Positions 1-9,948 of a stretch of DNA of 20,000 bases are shown here, in pieces. The notes below the pieces were generated by a model. It made no database searches. It was not told the origin of the DNA and saw only the letters and a list, made by a program, of their open reading frames with translations. This stretch comes from Hydrurus foetidus (taxonomy: Eukaryota), in contig UYFQ01000383.1 of assembly GCA_900617105.1 (NCBI GenBank), forward strand, positions 44,386-64,385. The letters are read 5' to 3'. Numbering within the stretch: position 1 is the stretch's first letter; each line of letters starts with the position of its first letter. A program made the position numbers and the translations under genes.

Positions 1-593
1 GTGCAGAACATTTCCCGCCTAGCAGGCATTCCCTGCAGCACGACAGAAAGAACCGACCGGCGTAATTTATCCCTTTCCTGCTTATCCCTGCTATTTTTAC
101 CGGACGGTTGCTCCGCCCTTGAAATCGCTCCATGCACTCCCGGCAATGTGGGACTAAGCGATACTCATAAAAAGAAGAATACGGTTTTATATGCTTCAAT
201 AAAACCGTATTCTGTGAGAGGGTTTGGGATGGGAAGCAAAGAGAGTGACGGGACTTTATTGGGCGCAAATGTGTGTGGGGTATTAAGTGACGTCATACAT
301 CAAGCGGTTGATATATTAATAAAAGAAAAAGTGGAAGTGAAATTAACACAGAAAGATTTAGAAGATGTTGGTGATTTTTTAGATGTAGAAAGTGTAACGG
401 TTAATACACAACAAGATGCTTTCTCTAATAGTAATAAAAATAATGATAATGATAATGTAGTACTAAAAACACAAAATACTGTCAATTCAAATCAAGCGGT
501 GTCAGGTTCGGTTTTGAAGAATGATATTGTATCTATAATCGTTGCATGCTGTGCAGCTGTTGAAAGTTTATTGATCAGCCATCATCGTCACAG
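1..593 (+). CDS. ARM-repeat gene exon 1 in window (5'-truncated)
   Basis: Open frame from the window start; donor CAG|GTGAGC at 593/594, phase 2. Confidence 0.75.
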
Positions 594-3500
594 GTGAGCA
601 CAATCTGTTGTATTGTTGTTATATTCTTGTTATATTGTTGTTATATTGCTGTTATATTGTTGTTATATTGTTGTTATATTGTTGTTATATTGCTGTTATA
701 TTGCTTGTTATATTGTTGTTACATTGCTGTTATATTCTTGTTATATTGCTTTTATGTTGTTGTTACATTGCTGATATATTCTTGTTATATTGCTGTTACA
801 TTTCACAGTATAGTGCTATTATATCGCGTAATACAATTTACATGTTTTGATAAGTACGATAATTATTCCAGAACTAAAACTAAAACTTTTATTTTTCACA
901 ATTTCATTCGATTAAATATGTTATAAAAAATTGATGACTATTTGTAATGAATTATTTTATTACATATCGTATCACAACTTTATCACAACTTGATCTATAT
1001 TATATTACATTATATTATATTATATTATATTATATTATATTATATTATATTATATCATACGATTCCATATCATATCAGCATTACATTATATGATTTATTG
1101 CACATCACAACATCACAATTTCATGCTCTACATTTCGTCACGTTAGATAGTTTTATGTGATAACATAGCATAACACCTCATAAAATATCATAATATCACA
1201 ATATTTGATGCAATTCATCATATCTGATGTAATTCATCATATCTGATGCAATTCATTATATTAGATGGTTGCTATCGGAAGCAGGAGTCAGCCGAGACCT
1301 CCTACTAGCCTTTAGAATATGTTCTGATCGGTTCGGAATATATTCTGATTCTGCTGACGTATGTCTTTTAGAAGCGTTATCACTTGCGATAGGAAGGTAC
1401 GGCAGTAGATGCATTAGTGCGTATGTGATTTTGTATTTTTCTAGAATATTGTATTGAGTATTTGCGGATTGCTTGTCAGTTATGATTTCATATGTACATA
1501 CTATATACATGAGTATCTCCAAAACAGAACACTTCTGACACATAGCCCAACAAAACGCACACGCACGTACGTACTTACAGTATTTCAAAGAATTACGAAG
1601 CATCTTCTGGCCCTTGGGGGAGTAAAGGCGAATTGGATCTTACACTACAAACACTGACACATCTGTGCAGCGTGATGAATGTGTGTGAGGACATACGTCA
1701 GCTGCAATTAGAGAAAAGAGAGGAAAAAGAAAAAGAGAGAGAAAGAGAGAAGGAAAAAGATAAAGAAAGAGAGAAAGATAAGGATGAAAAAGTTGTTCGT
1801 GTGGATAGTTCCTATGAACCAAGTGCATCTGATTCTACTTTGTCTTCTCTCAGCGGATCTATTTGCAGGTGAAATATTTTATTTTCTATAAATTTGAGAG
1901 AAGTAGAACGAAGGTAGCGTAGAATGAGAGGAATCAATCTGAATCTAGCTGAATAGAATTGAATATGGTAGAATGTGAAACGCAGAGCAGAATAGTATTG
2001 TGGTGCAGTGTAAATTGACGTGGTGTAGTGTAGTGTGATGTGGTGCGGTGCAGTGTGGTGTGATGTAGTATTGTGTGATGCGGTGTGGTGTAGTGTGATG
2101 TGGTGCGGTGCGGTGTGGTGTGGTGTAGTTTGCTGTGATGTGGTGTGGTGAAGTGTAGTGTAGTGTAGTGTGGTGTGGTGTGGTATGGTGTAGTGTGGTG
2201 AAGTGTGATGAAAAGTGGTGTGATGTGCGGTGTGGCGTGGTGTATTGATCTCTGTTGTGTTCTGTTACGTAAAATTTTCGTTTTTATCGAACAACGGAGA
2301 TCTTTTATTTTGCTTCTCATTAGGTCCCCTACAACTTGCTTTCTGTAGCATTTCAACTTATTCTCACCATTAACTCCAACTTCAACTTGCCATGTTCACA
2401 GGGCGATAGGTCACATCGTAGCCGCACAAAGTCAACACTCCCGCTCCATACATTATCAAAGAGAAGTCGTAGCAACGCCTATTATGCACAGCAATATAGT
2501 GCAGTGTATTTTATCTTCATCAGAACTGACTGGATATTCATCTTTCTCTGCTTTTGAATGGTGCTTTGTTATTTCAGAATTAGCTCTTTGCAGTAAGGAG
2601 AGTGCGGAATTGATGTGTAAATTAAATGTGTCAGAGATGCTGTTAATGGCGTATGAGAAGCACGCTCCTCAGTGCTGTAAAACGGATACTCCATCTCTAC
2701 CTACCTCTCCCCCTTCCTCCTCCTCATCCTCCTCTTCTTCTTCCTCATCTTCATCAGTACAACAGCAACAACAACTTGATCTCGGATCAGAATCATTTTG
2801 CATGGTGTGGTGCAGAGCAATATTCTCATTGCTGAAAAGCGCAGGGCCATTATTTTTCACGATTGGTAACACTGGAAAAACGCAAGAAATGGAAAAAATA
2901 GAGAAAGGAGAAGAAACGGAAATGGAAAAAATGGGAGTGCAAGATGATACGACAGTCAAGAAAAGAAGTAGATCATTCACAAGAGAGTCACTCGCATCAT
3001 TATTGCTTATTATGGGTGAAGGAACATCGTCTGCTGTCGCTGCTAGTATATGCATGGCATTGAGCGCCTTGATAACGACATCAGTACCAAATACTTCGAA
3101 TGAAATACCATTATACAGTCTGGAATTAATGCTATTAGAAAAAGTAGCGACTTCAATATTACAGAAATACGTCACTCATTCAGATTGGTTTAAACTCTCT
3201 CTACAACAAGCAGCAAATTCAATTTCATTCTCCAAAATATCTACGACCAGCATCAATAATTCTTATTCCGCAGCTAATTCTATGATGTTAAGTGCGTCAG
3301 CTGGAGGGGTTGCTTATTGGTGTTCTGTATTTATGTATCAACTTTTAACTTATCGTGTCAAAGACGTGCATAGCGAATCTCCTTCCCCTTCATTGCATAT
3401 CCCTTATCCTTCCATGCAAGCCACACTAAGGTAAGAAACATCCTGTCTTATTTTATTTTATTCTACTTTATTTTATTCTGTCTTATTTTATCTTATCTTA

Positions 3501-6500
3501 TCTTTTCTTATCTTATCTTATCTTATCATGACACAACATGACGTATTGACGCTTTGTGTTCTATATTGTGCATCGCTACAAGGGAATAGAATGTCCGCAA
3601 TACAGCCTGAGATAAGATTTGAAGAAAGTGGAAATGAACATTATATCTCCACCTTAAGTACATGCACTTTCTGTGACATTTTATTTTGTTCTAGTAGTGA
3701 CGAAATTTATTTATTCAAATTGTTGACTTACTTTTGAGGACAATATAAAGCGCAATAATTGAACCCGATATAATTTAATATTATCACTCAAACTATCTCC
3801 CTCATATCCTCTCTCCCTGCCACTGTCTTTCGTACTATCTTCTACATTTTAATCAGGTCTAAATGTCTTTCTCTTGGTGTGTGCGAGATGTTGCATAAAG
3901 CGCTTGGAAAGTTTCCTCTTGAAGAAAGTGTAACGGCTGCTTGTTACATGGCAGCGAGTGCTTTGCTCTCGGAGGCACCTTTGGCTTATAGAGATGATGG
4001 GAGTAAGACAGATAATAGTGACAAATGCGGTGACAATAAAAGTGATAATAAAAGTGATAATAAAAGTGATAATAAAAGTAATGACACTGATGACAGTAGT
4101 GGTAGTAATGATGATAATGATAATGGTGATAATGATAATAATAATGATGGAGACTGTGACAATAAAATTGTTGAGTGTAAGAAAAAGGCCGATAAATCAA
4201 ACAGCAATTATGCTAATAATAATGACAATAAAAATGATGAAATGATGGTACGACCTAGCATAGAAGGAAATGCAACAAGTGATAAGAATAACTCAGATGG
4301 GCTAGAAATGATATCTCTTTCTGACTCGTTAAAAGTTCCACCCACAACTTCAACTGCAAGACCGACTTCAAATTCAACTGCAAGACCAAGGTCACGTTCA
4401 TCATCGCCTCTATCCCTTCTCCCATTCTCTTCCACTTTCTCTTCTTCTTCTTCTTCTTCTTCTTCTTTTTCGCACTTGACGGTAAGCGGAGATTCAGCTG
4501 CGATTTCAGTGTCTGTTGAGGCGTGTAAAAAACGATTCAATTCTTTGGGATTAGGTTTGCTTTTAGTGGATACCTTAAGGGAATATCCATCCAGCAGCCA
4601 GGTACATGCTATAAATGAAATACTAAATTACGGTATTTTGTATTTTGTATTTTGAATTATTGAGATATTTAGTGTTGCAGTCACTTCAACATATTTTATA
4701 TCTCTAATAGGCGCATTTAACGAAGACTGTTTTTATTAGCAATGATATATACTCTCACTGATTTGATTGTCACCAATGAATCCCTCCTGACATCAAGGCT
4801 CCTCTTTTATTCCAGGTCCGCATTTGATCTGGACCCACCCTTATACACGACAAGTAACTGACCGTACTGAAACTGAAAACAGTACGGGACAGTTAATTGT
4901 CGTGTATAGAGGTGGGTCCAGATTAAACGCGGACCTGGAATAAACGAGGAGTCTTGAAATCTGACACATCCTAGGTGTCCATGATGTGTGACATATGTAT
5001 CTACTCTCAAGTAACATATCTATCAATACATGAAACATCTGTGAAATACATGATATACCTAACAGATCTATTATTACTCACCACATCTGTTACTATCTGA
5101 CACATTTATTCACATCTCACACAAATAACATTTCTAATAATAACACCCTAAAGGTCTCTGACTGGTGTTTGAGGTGCATGTGTCTCTTGCTCGAACACAG
5201 TGAAGACACAGTGCATCGAATATGCTCTGCTGGTGCTTGCGAAACACTACCAGTATGCATGCAGGTGATTATTATTTATATTACTTATTGTTATTATATT
5301 TTTGAAATGTCTCCACAATTTCAAATCTATGCTTTTTGTTGATGTATATTTTTTTATCACATACCGCTTAAATATTATTCTTTGGAATCCCCTCTGATTA
5401 CCTGTCACAACCTCTTTTTGAAGTATGCCTTTAATGACGTGAGCGGAATAGATTACTAATTAATTTTATTTGAATTATTTTCATATTAAGAGGTACCCCT
5501 AACATTGAGTAACTTTTCTACAAAAAAATCATCAGACTCCTTTATCCTGGAGCATTCAATCTTTTCATCTCCATTATAGTCCCATCGCAAAAACACTAAA
5601 ACCAACTGAGATTATCATTTGTCATGGAACATAATATGTAAATTAAACATTCATTTTCCAGGCACATCAATACAGCATCCTCGCATCGGTGGCCGGATGT
5701 ACTGCCATATCCCGTATGGTGAACGGCTCTCAGGTGTCGGAAGTGTTCACCCTCACTCCACACACGCACGTACAGTCTGCAGTGTACGCTATACGGCTAG
5801 GAGGAGCAGGGGCATGCGAGGCAGTCATGAGGTGAGCTATTATTTATTAGACGTTAATGCACTCATTATATAATATACAGTGCATTAAACGGAACGTTTT
5901 GCGAGAGGATGTACATGATTTTAATTTAGAATTAAAATGGATATTTCTACAGCGCTTAAATTTGTTTTCAATCTATCTGTATTTCCGATATTATATTCTG
6001 TTTCGAGAAATTATTACCAGTATGTTTTTTCGCCACATCAAATAATATTGATCACTCTATCGTACAACACTCTTACCTCACTTATCCTACCTTGTCCTGC
6101 TATCTTTTGGTACCGACGCACTTTACACATACACTCTATCCCTTCTCATTCGCCTCTAATCGTAACATGTCAACTCATCAACACATCTACACAGCGTACT
6201 ACGATGCCACGCTGACAACGCATGTGCTACAGAATGTGCATCACGTGCACTAGCCTCTCTCGCCTCCGTGTCAAAAGGTAATGTAGAATGGCTCGGTCCG
6301 TTACGTGCGTGTGAAGTACTTCTAAGTACGCACGACACACATTCTGATGACGTGGCAGTAGTGAGTGCGGTGTGGAATGCCATCGGAACATTGTGTTCGT
6401 CTAACAGAGAGAGATTAGGCAGTCTGGGCACGCCTAGTCGTGTGGTGAAATCTCTGAGGTCCTTTTATCCGGTGATTAAAACAGTGGGAAAAAATGTAAG

Positions 6501-9382
6501 TTCGACTTCAAATTCAACTTCAAGTCCAAGTCTAAGTTCAAGTACAAGTGCGTGTGTTGCTAGTGCAGCCGCGTACGCGATAGGAAGACTATGCGAACCG
6601 TTAAACACTCTGACTGACGTCACACTTGAGAATAGAATAGCACTGTTTGATGCGGGGTGTTGCGAAGTGCTCACATCTGTGCTTGAAGAGGAGTTCAACG
6701 ATCTGTCCGCCGCTACCAACATATTCAAAGCCATTGCTACTCTTACTAACGGATCGGTCAATTTTAAGGTGATAAATTAATATCATTGCTATGCTGCTTT
6801 GGAGTGATCAGATATTGTGTCAGTCAAGATCATAATTTGTGTTGATTTTCTGCATTTTTTTCTGTTTTGGTTTCATCTGCGTACAAGTCAAGTCAACTGA
6901 TCTCATGAACTCGTTGTCTCACCTAGATTCATTTCGGGGATGTGAACACACTTTTACCGCGCACTACACTACACAACACCACACTATATCTCATCATTTC
7001 ATATCGTATCACATCATATCACAATGAACCACACACTTTGCACCACTTGTAACCACTCTATCCCACACGCAACACTCTCTAATCTCCCAGGAAAGATATG
7101 AGTTCGGTGCTAGAGGCGTATGCACAGCACTAACAAAAGCAATGGAGAAACATTCTCGACACGAAGAAGCGTCCTTACACGGATGCCAAGCAGTGAGAGC
7201 ACTATGTTCCTCTGGGGATATGTCCAATCAAAGATTATTAAGACGAGCAGGCGCTTGTACGTTAGTAGCGATTGTGTTAAAACAATCAGCAGCACTGGGC
7301 GCTAATTCACCGTCATTTACATCGGATAATGCGGCCAATATTGGTACTTCTAATACGGGTATTGCGGAAAATAGTGGATTATTCAGTCAGATGCTAACTA
7401 GAGCAAGAGGGTTCTCTCAGTCTACACTGCATCTAAATACTGGAATGAGCATCAAATCTCAGTCACCTCAGCATCTGAATGCAGGAAGTAGCACCAAATC
7501 TCAATCACCAACATCGAATGTATCCACACTGTTTGTTTATCCATCTTCAGCAAATCTACCAAACGATGGAAAAGTTTTCAAGGGGGACTGGAAAGAAAGG
7601 ACAAGAGTAGCGACTGCAGCAGTGCGTGCACTCTGTTGTCTAGTGAGTGACAGTGATATGGACAGCGATAGAGAGATTGATGAGATGGGAAGTAACAGCA
7701 AGGCAAAGGTGTCTTTGGGTCATTTAGGCGTTGTTGAAGTTATGGTTGAAATGGGAATTAACCCTCCTTTGCAGACAGAGGGAAGGGAGAGGGACAGAGA
7801 GCCGTCAGCAGTGCCTATTCTATCTCAGTGGATAACACTCGCACTGAGTCATTTAATCGATCCAAGTCAGGACGTTGTCAGAGACTACGATAGCGATGTG
7901 GACGACTTAGCGTACATGAAACCAGTGAGCAGAACTGTCAATCTGAACCTCTCTCGACTGTGTTTCTGCAACAGAACGGGAGACTTCTTAATCGCAGCTG
8001 TATTGTCGAGTATAGGTAGTGGCAGTACGGTGACACCCGGTGATGCTGACGCACTCATTTACAACTCTCTGTCACTTATGGTTAGTATGTGTGAAGATAC
8101 TGTGGGATGCCACAAAATACTATCCTCAGAAGGTCTGGGTAAAATGATATTATCACTGATAACACGATACAGCACAGAAACAAGGGTGACAAATACGGAA
8201 TATCAATGGTGCCTTCTTCTCTCTATATCCCTCGCATCTTATGCATCCATCAATTCTATCCTAGTGGACAAATTAATAAATGGAGGAATATGTCGGTTAT
8301 TGGCCAGTGCCCTAATACAGCATCAATTAGCAGGGGCTACTAGAGTCATTCAAAGTCTCTCATCCACCGACGTCACTATCATCAATAGGAAACAATCGTC
8401 ACACAATAGCAGAGATAATAGTCTGGAATCTGAAGTCCAAGATCCACCTGCAGAGTTGCGAAGTGACAATTATACCGGAGACACCAGGACCTCTACCGGA
8501 TCTAGCCGTATGTCTTTTACCGGAGACAAAGACAGATCACCAAATGATCCCAACACGGGTGCAGCTGCTGGGGTACAACCGTTCAGAAGTGATTATGAAG
8601 CATCCACTTTCTACAGTGCAAAAAGTGCGCGTATTACAGGGGGTATACCGGATCTCCGTGTAACTTCGGCCGTAAATGCGGTTGTTTGGAACGCCCTTAC
8701 ACCCCCTATAAGTGACGGGCCTCAACCGTATGAAGAGCACGATCCTGAAAACAATGACGTACTAGCCTTGGCATTAGCGAGAATGAGTTGCAGTGCTCTG
8801 ACGTCACTGATAACAGCGCACCTCACACCTGCCACAATCCTCTCTGAAAAAGAAGAAAAAGACAAAGATGAAAACAAGAAAAATGTGATTAATCTACCAC
8901 GGACATTCAGTCTGTATAGAGACAGTGTAGGCATGGGCGTAGCTGTGATGGGTGGTGGTGCTATCAACACATTAATTCCCGCTTTGTCCGCTCTACTTTT
9001 AGTCGCGGATTCTTCTCTTCTTTTCTTCAGTCCTGATCATGCAGTTTTGGATCAAAATAGTATTAATAATTCTAATAGTTATGATTCAAATATCAGCATG
9101 AGCAGTAATAAGAATAGTAGTAAAAATAGCAGTCGGAATAACAGTAACAGCAGTAGTCCGAATGGCAGTTGTATGGACGTGGAGAACAATAGAAATAATA
9201 ACAAAGATTGTAGTAGAAATGATGACGTCACCCTCATGACATCTTCTCGCACAACAGCAACAGCAACATCAACACATCTACCTCCTCCTGTTCTCTTACC
9301 TACTATAAAAGTGTTACGAAATGGCGCCCTAGCGACCTTGAGGTGCATCACTATACTCCAACACCAACAATCACAAGGATAG
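1..9382 (+). CDS. Large armadillo (ARM)-type repeat protein, spliced, 5'-partial: join(<1..593,1265..1396,1581..1868,2402..3430,3857..4601,5154..5264,5662..5831,6195..6768,7091..9382); 5934 nt = 1977 aa + stop
   Basis: Eight GT..AG introns with matching phases (2,2,2,2,0,0,2,0) join into one uninterrupted frame ending at TAG 9380-9382. Recurrent ARM-like units run across the junctions, e.g. RICSAGACETLPVCMQ|AHQYSILASVAGCTAISRM, RLGGAGACEAVMS|VLRCHADNACATECASRALASLA, NRIALFDAGCCEVLTSVL, FGARGVCTALTKAMEKHSRHEEASLHGCQAVRALC, NQRLLRRAGACTLVAIVLK. Family call is by motif recognition only. Confidence 0.85.
607..802. repeat. 11-bp minisatellite (TGTTATATTGY), about 17 copies, intron 1
   Basis: Directly visible; explains the 11-aa periodicity of spurious ORFs 594..926 and 608..850. 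Confidence 0.95.
996..1055. repeat. (TATAT)n pentamer microsatellite, intron 1
   Basis: Directly visible, with degenerate CATTA/TATCA/CATCA flanks. Confidence 0.95.
1206..1260. repeat. 19-bp tandem repeat TGATGYAATTCATCATATC, about 3 copies, at the intron 1 acceptor
   Basis: Units start at 1206, 1225 and 1244. Confidence 0.9.
1265..1396 (+). CDS. ARM-repeat gene exon 2
   Basis: Acceptor TTAG|A at 1264/1265, donor AAG|GTACGG at 1396/1397; reads (R)WLLSEAGVSRDLLLAF...EALSLAIG. Confidence 0.8.
1581..1868 (+). CDS. ARM-repeat gene exon 3
   Basis: Acceptor TACAG|T at 1580/1581, donor CAG|GTGAAA at 1868/1869; reads (S)ISKNYEASSGPWGSKGELDLTLQTL..., includes an E/K/R/D-rich tract. Confidence 0.8.
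1993..2245. repeat. Degenerate pentamer array (TGGTG/TAGTG/TGATG/CGGTG), intron 3
   Basis: Directly visible; source of the His/Thr-rich spurious ORF 1934..2356. Confidence 0.95.
2402..3430 (+). CDS. ARM-repeat gene exon 4
   Basis: Acceptor CACAG|G at 2401/2402, donor AAG|GTAAGA at 3430/3431; extends ORF 2484..3434 upstream in frame (RAIGHIVAAQ...). Confidence 0.85.
3445..3527. repeat. (TCTTA/TTTTA)n pentamer array, intron 4
   Basis: Directly visible just after the donor. Confidence 0.9.
3857..4601 (+). CDS. ARM-repeat gene exon 5
   Basis: Acceptor ATCAG|G at 3856/3857, donor CAG|GTACAT at 4601/4602; ARM-like ends flank an N/D- and S-rich insert. Confidence 0.85.
4793..4957. repeat. Long imperfect inverted repeat (fold-back, MITE-like) in intron 5
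   Basis: Left arm 4793-4869 (TCAAGGCTCCTCTTTTATTCCAGGTCCGC...CCGTACTG) matches the reverse complement of 4880-4957 with about 8 mismatches and one indel; 10-nt loop AAACTGAAAA. Confidence 0.9.
5154..5264 (+). CDS. ARM-repeat gene exon 6 (111 nt; absent from the ORF track)
   Basis: Acceptor TAAAG|G at 5153/5154, donor CAG|GTGATT at 5264/5265; 37 codons VSDWCLRCMCLLLEHSEDTVHRICSAGACETLPVCMQ, phase 0/0. Confidence 0.8.
5662..5831 (+). CDS. ARM-repeat gene exon 7 (a different frame from the listed ORF 5619..5873)
   Basis: Acceptor TTCCAG|G at 5661/5662, donor GAG|GTGAGC at 5831/5832; reads AHQYSILASVAGCTAISRM...RLGGAGACEAVM. Confidence 0.85.
6195..6768 (+). CDS. ARM-repeat gene exon 8
   Basis: Acceptor CACAG|C at 6194/6195, donor AAG|GTGATA at 6768/6769; in frame with ORF 6268..6780. 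Confidence 0.85.
6956..7038. repeat. Degenerate pentamer array (CACTA/CACCA/CATCA/TATCA), intron 8
   Basis: Directly visible; reverse-complement type of the intron 3 array. Confidence 0.75.
7091..9382 (+). CDS. ARM-repeat gene terminal exon 9
   Basis: Acceptor CCCAG|G at 7090/7091; in frame with the 746-aa ORF 7142..9382; stop TAG. Confidence 0.85.
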   Translation, partial: ERYEFGARGVCTALTKAMEKHSRHEEASLHGCQAVRALCSSGDMSNQRLLRRAGACTLVAIVLKQSAALGANSPSFTSDNAANIGTSNTGIAENSGLFSQMLTRARGFSQSTLHLNTGMSIKSQSPQHLNAGSSTKSQSPTSNVSTLFVYPSSANLPNDGKVFKGDWKERTRVATAAVRALCCLVSDSDMDSDREIDEMGSNSKAKVSLGHLGVVEVMVEMGINPPLQTEGRERDREPSAVPILSQWITLALSHLIDPSQDVVRDYDSDVDDLAYMKPVSRTVNLNLSRLCFCNRTGDFLIAAVLSSIGSGSTVTPGDADALIYNSLSLMVSMCEDTVGCHKILSSEGLGKMILSLITRYSTETRVTNTEYQWCLLLSISLASYASINSILVDKLINGGICRLLASALIQHQLAGATRVIQSLSSTDVTIINRKQSSHNSRDNSLESEVQDPPAELRSDNYTGDTRTSTGSSRMSFTGDKDRSPNDPNTGAAAGVQPFRSDYEASTFYSAKSARITGGIPDLRVTSAVNAVVWNALTPPISDGPQPYEEHDPENNDVLALALARMSCSALTSLITAHLTPATILSEKEEKDKDENKKNVINLPRTFSLYRDSVGMGVAVMGGGAINTLIPALSALLLVADSSLLFFSPDHAVLDQNSINNSNSYDSNISMSSNKNSSKNSSRNNSNSSSPNGSCMDVENNRNNNKDCSRNDDVTLMTSSRTTATATSTHLPPPVLLPTIKVLRNGALATLRCITILQHQQSQG

Positions 9383-9948
9383 AACAAAAAATGCAGGGGG
9401 CACGTTACATCGTCATATGAGGGTTATTTCCCTAACCCCTTCCCTTTCTCTTCTCATTCTCGTATCCATTCTCATTCGTACTTCCATTTGTAAAGGTCCA
9501 ATAAATAAGTTCCTGGTATCATTCCTGTTTCTTCTTCGGTCTCCTTTACTCTTCTTATTCTTCTTCACTTACTTCTCGACAAGGATAGAGTGCTGTTCAG
9601 TGCTATTTATAGCTTACGAAAGGATTCAAGAAGTTCCACAGCATATATAAAGATGTTTAACAGCTGATCTTAAAGTGCTGAATAGATTAAAAAGGAAACA
9701 TGGTTCTTCTCGCTACAGCTTGTTGCACTTATCCTCTCTCATTCCTTCTTACCTACTTTGTCTATTACTTTTATTTTTCTCTCATTATTTCCACAAGTAC
9801 ATAAATAGAGCGTACTGTCCAATTTGCATGGTCCCTTGTCCATCCCATTCCACTCCATTGTAGCCTCACACTGCGCTGCATTACGCGCAGTACAGCGATC
9901 ACCTCACGTAGCAATCACCTCACGAAGAAGTACATTTTTACGTAGCAA

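Noticed and set aside
594..926. Hydrophobic Cys/Tyr-rich ORFs 594..926 and 608..850
   Set aside because: Translations of the 11-bp intronic minisatellite.
1443..1657. Alternative acceptor TTTTTCTAG at 1444 and ORF 1454..1657 as an exon
   Set aside because: Splicing 1396 to 1445 hits TGA within four codons; the acceptor at 1580 keeps the frame and gives sensible protein.
1934..2356. His/Thr-rich minus-strand ORF
   Set aside because: Translation of the pentamer array in intron 3.
9500..9505. AATAAA as poly(A) signal of the ARM gene
   Set aside because: Plausible position but common by chance in AT-rich DNA; no transcript evidence.
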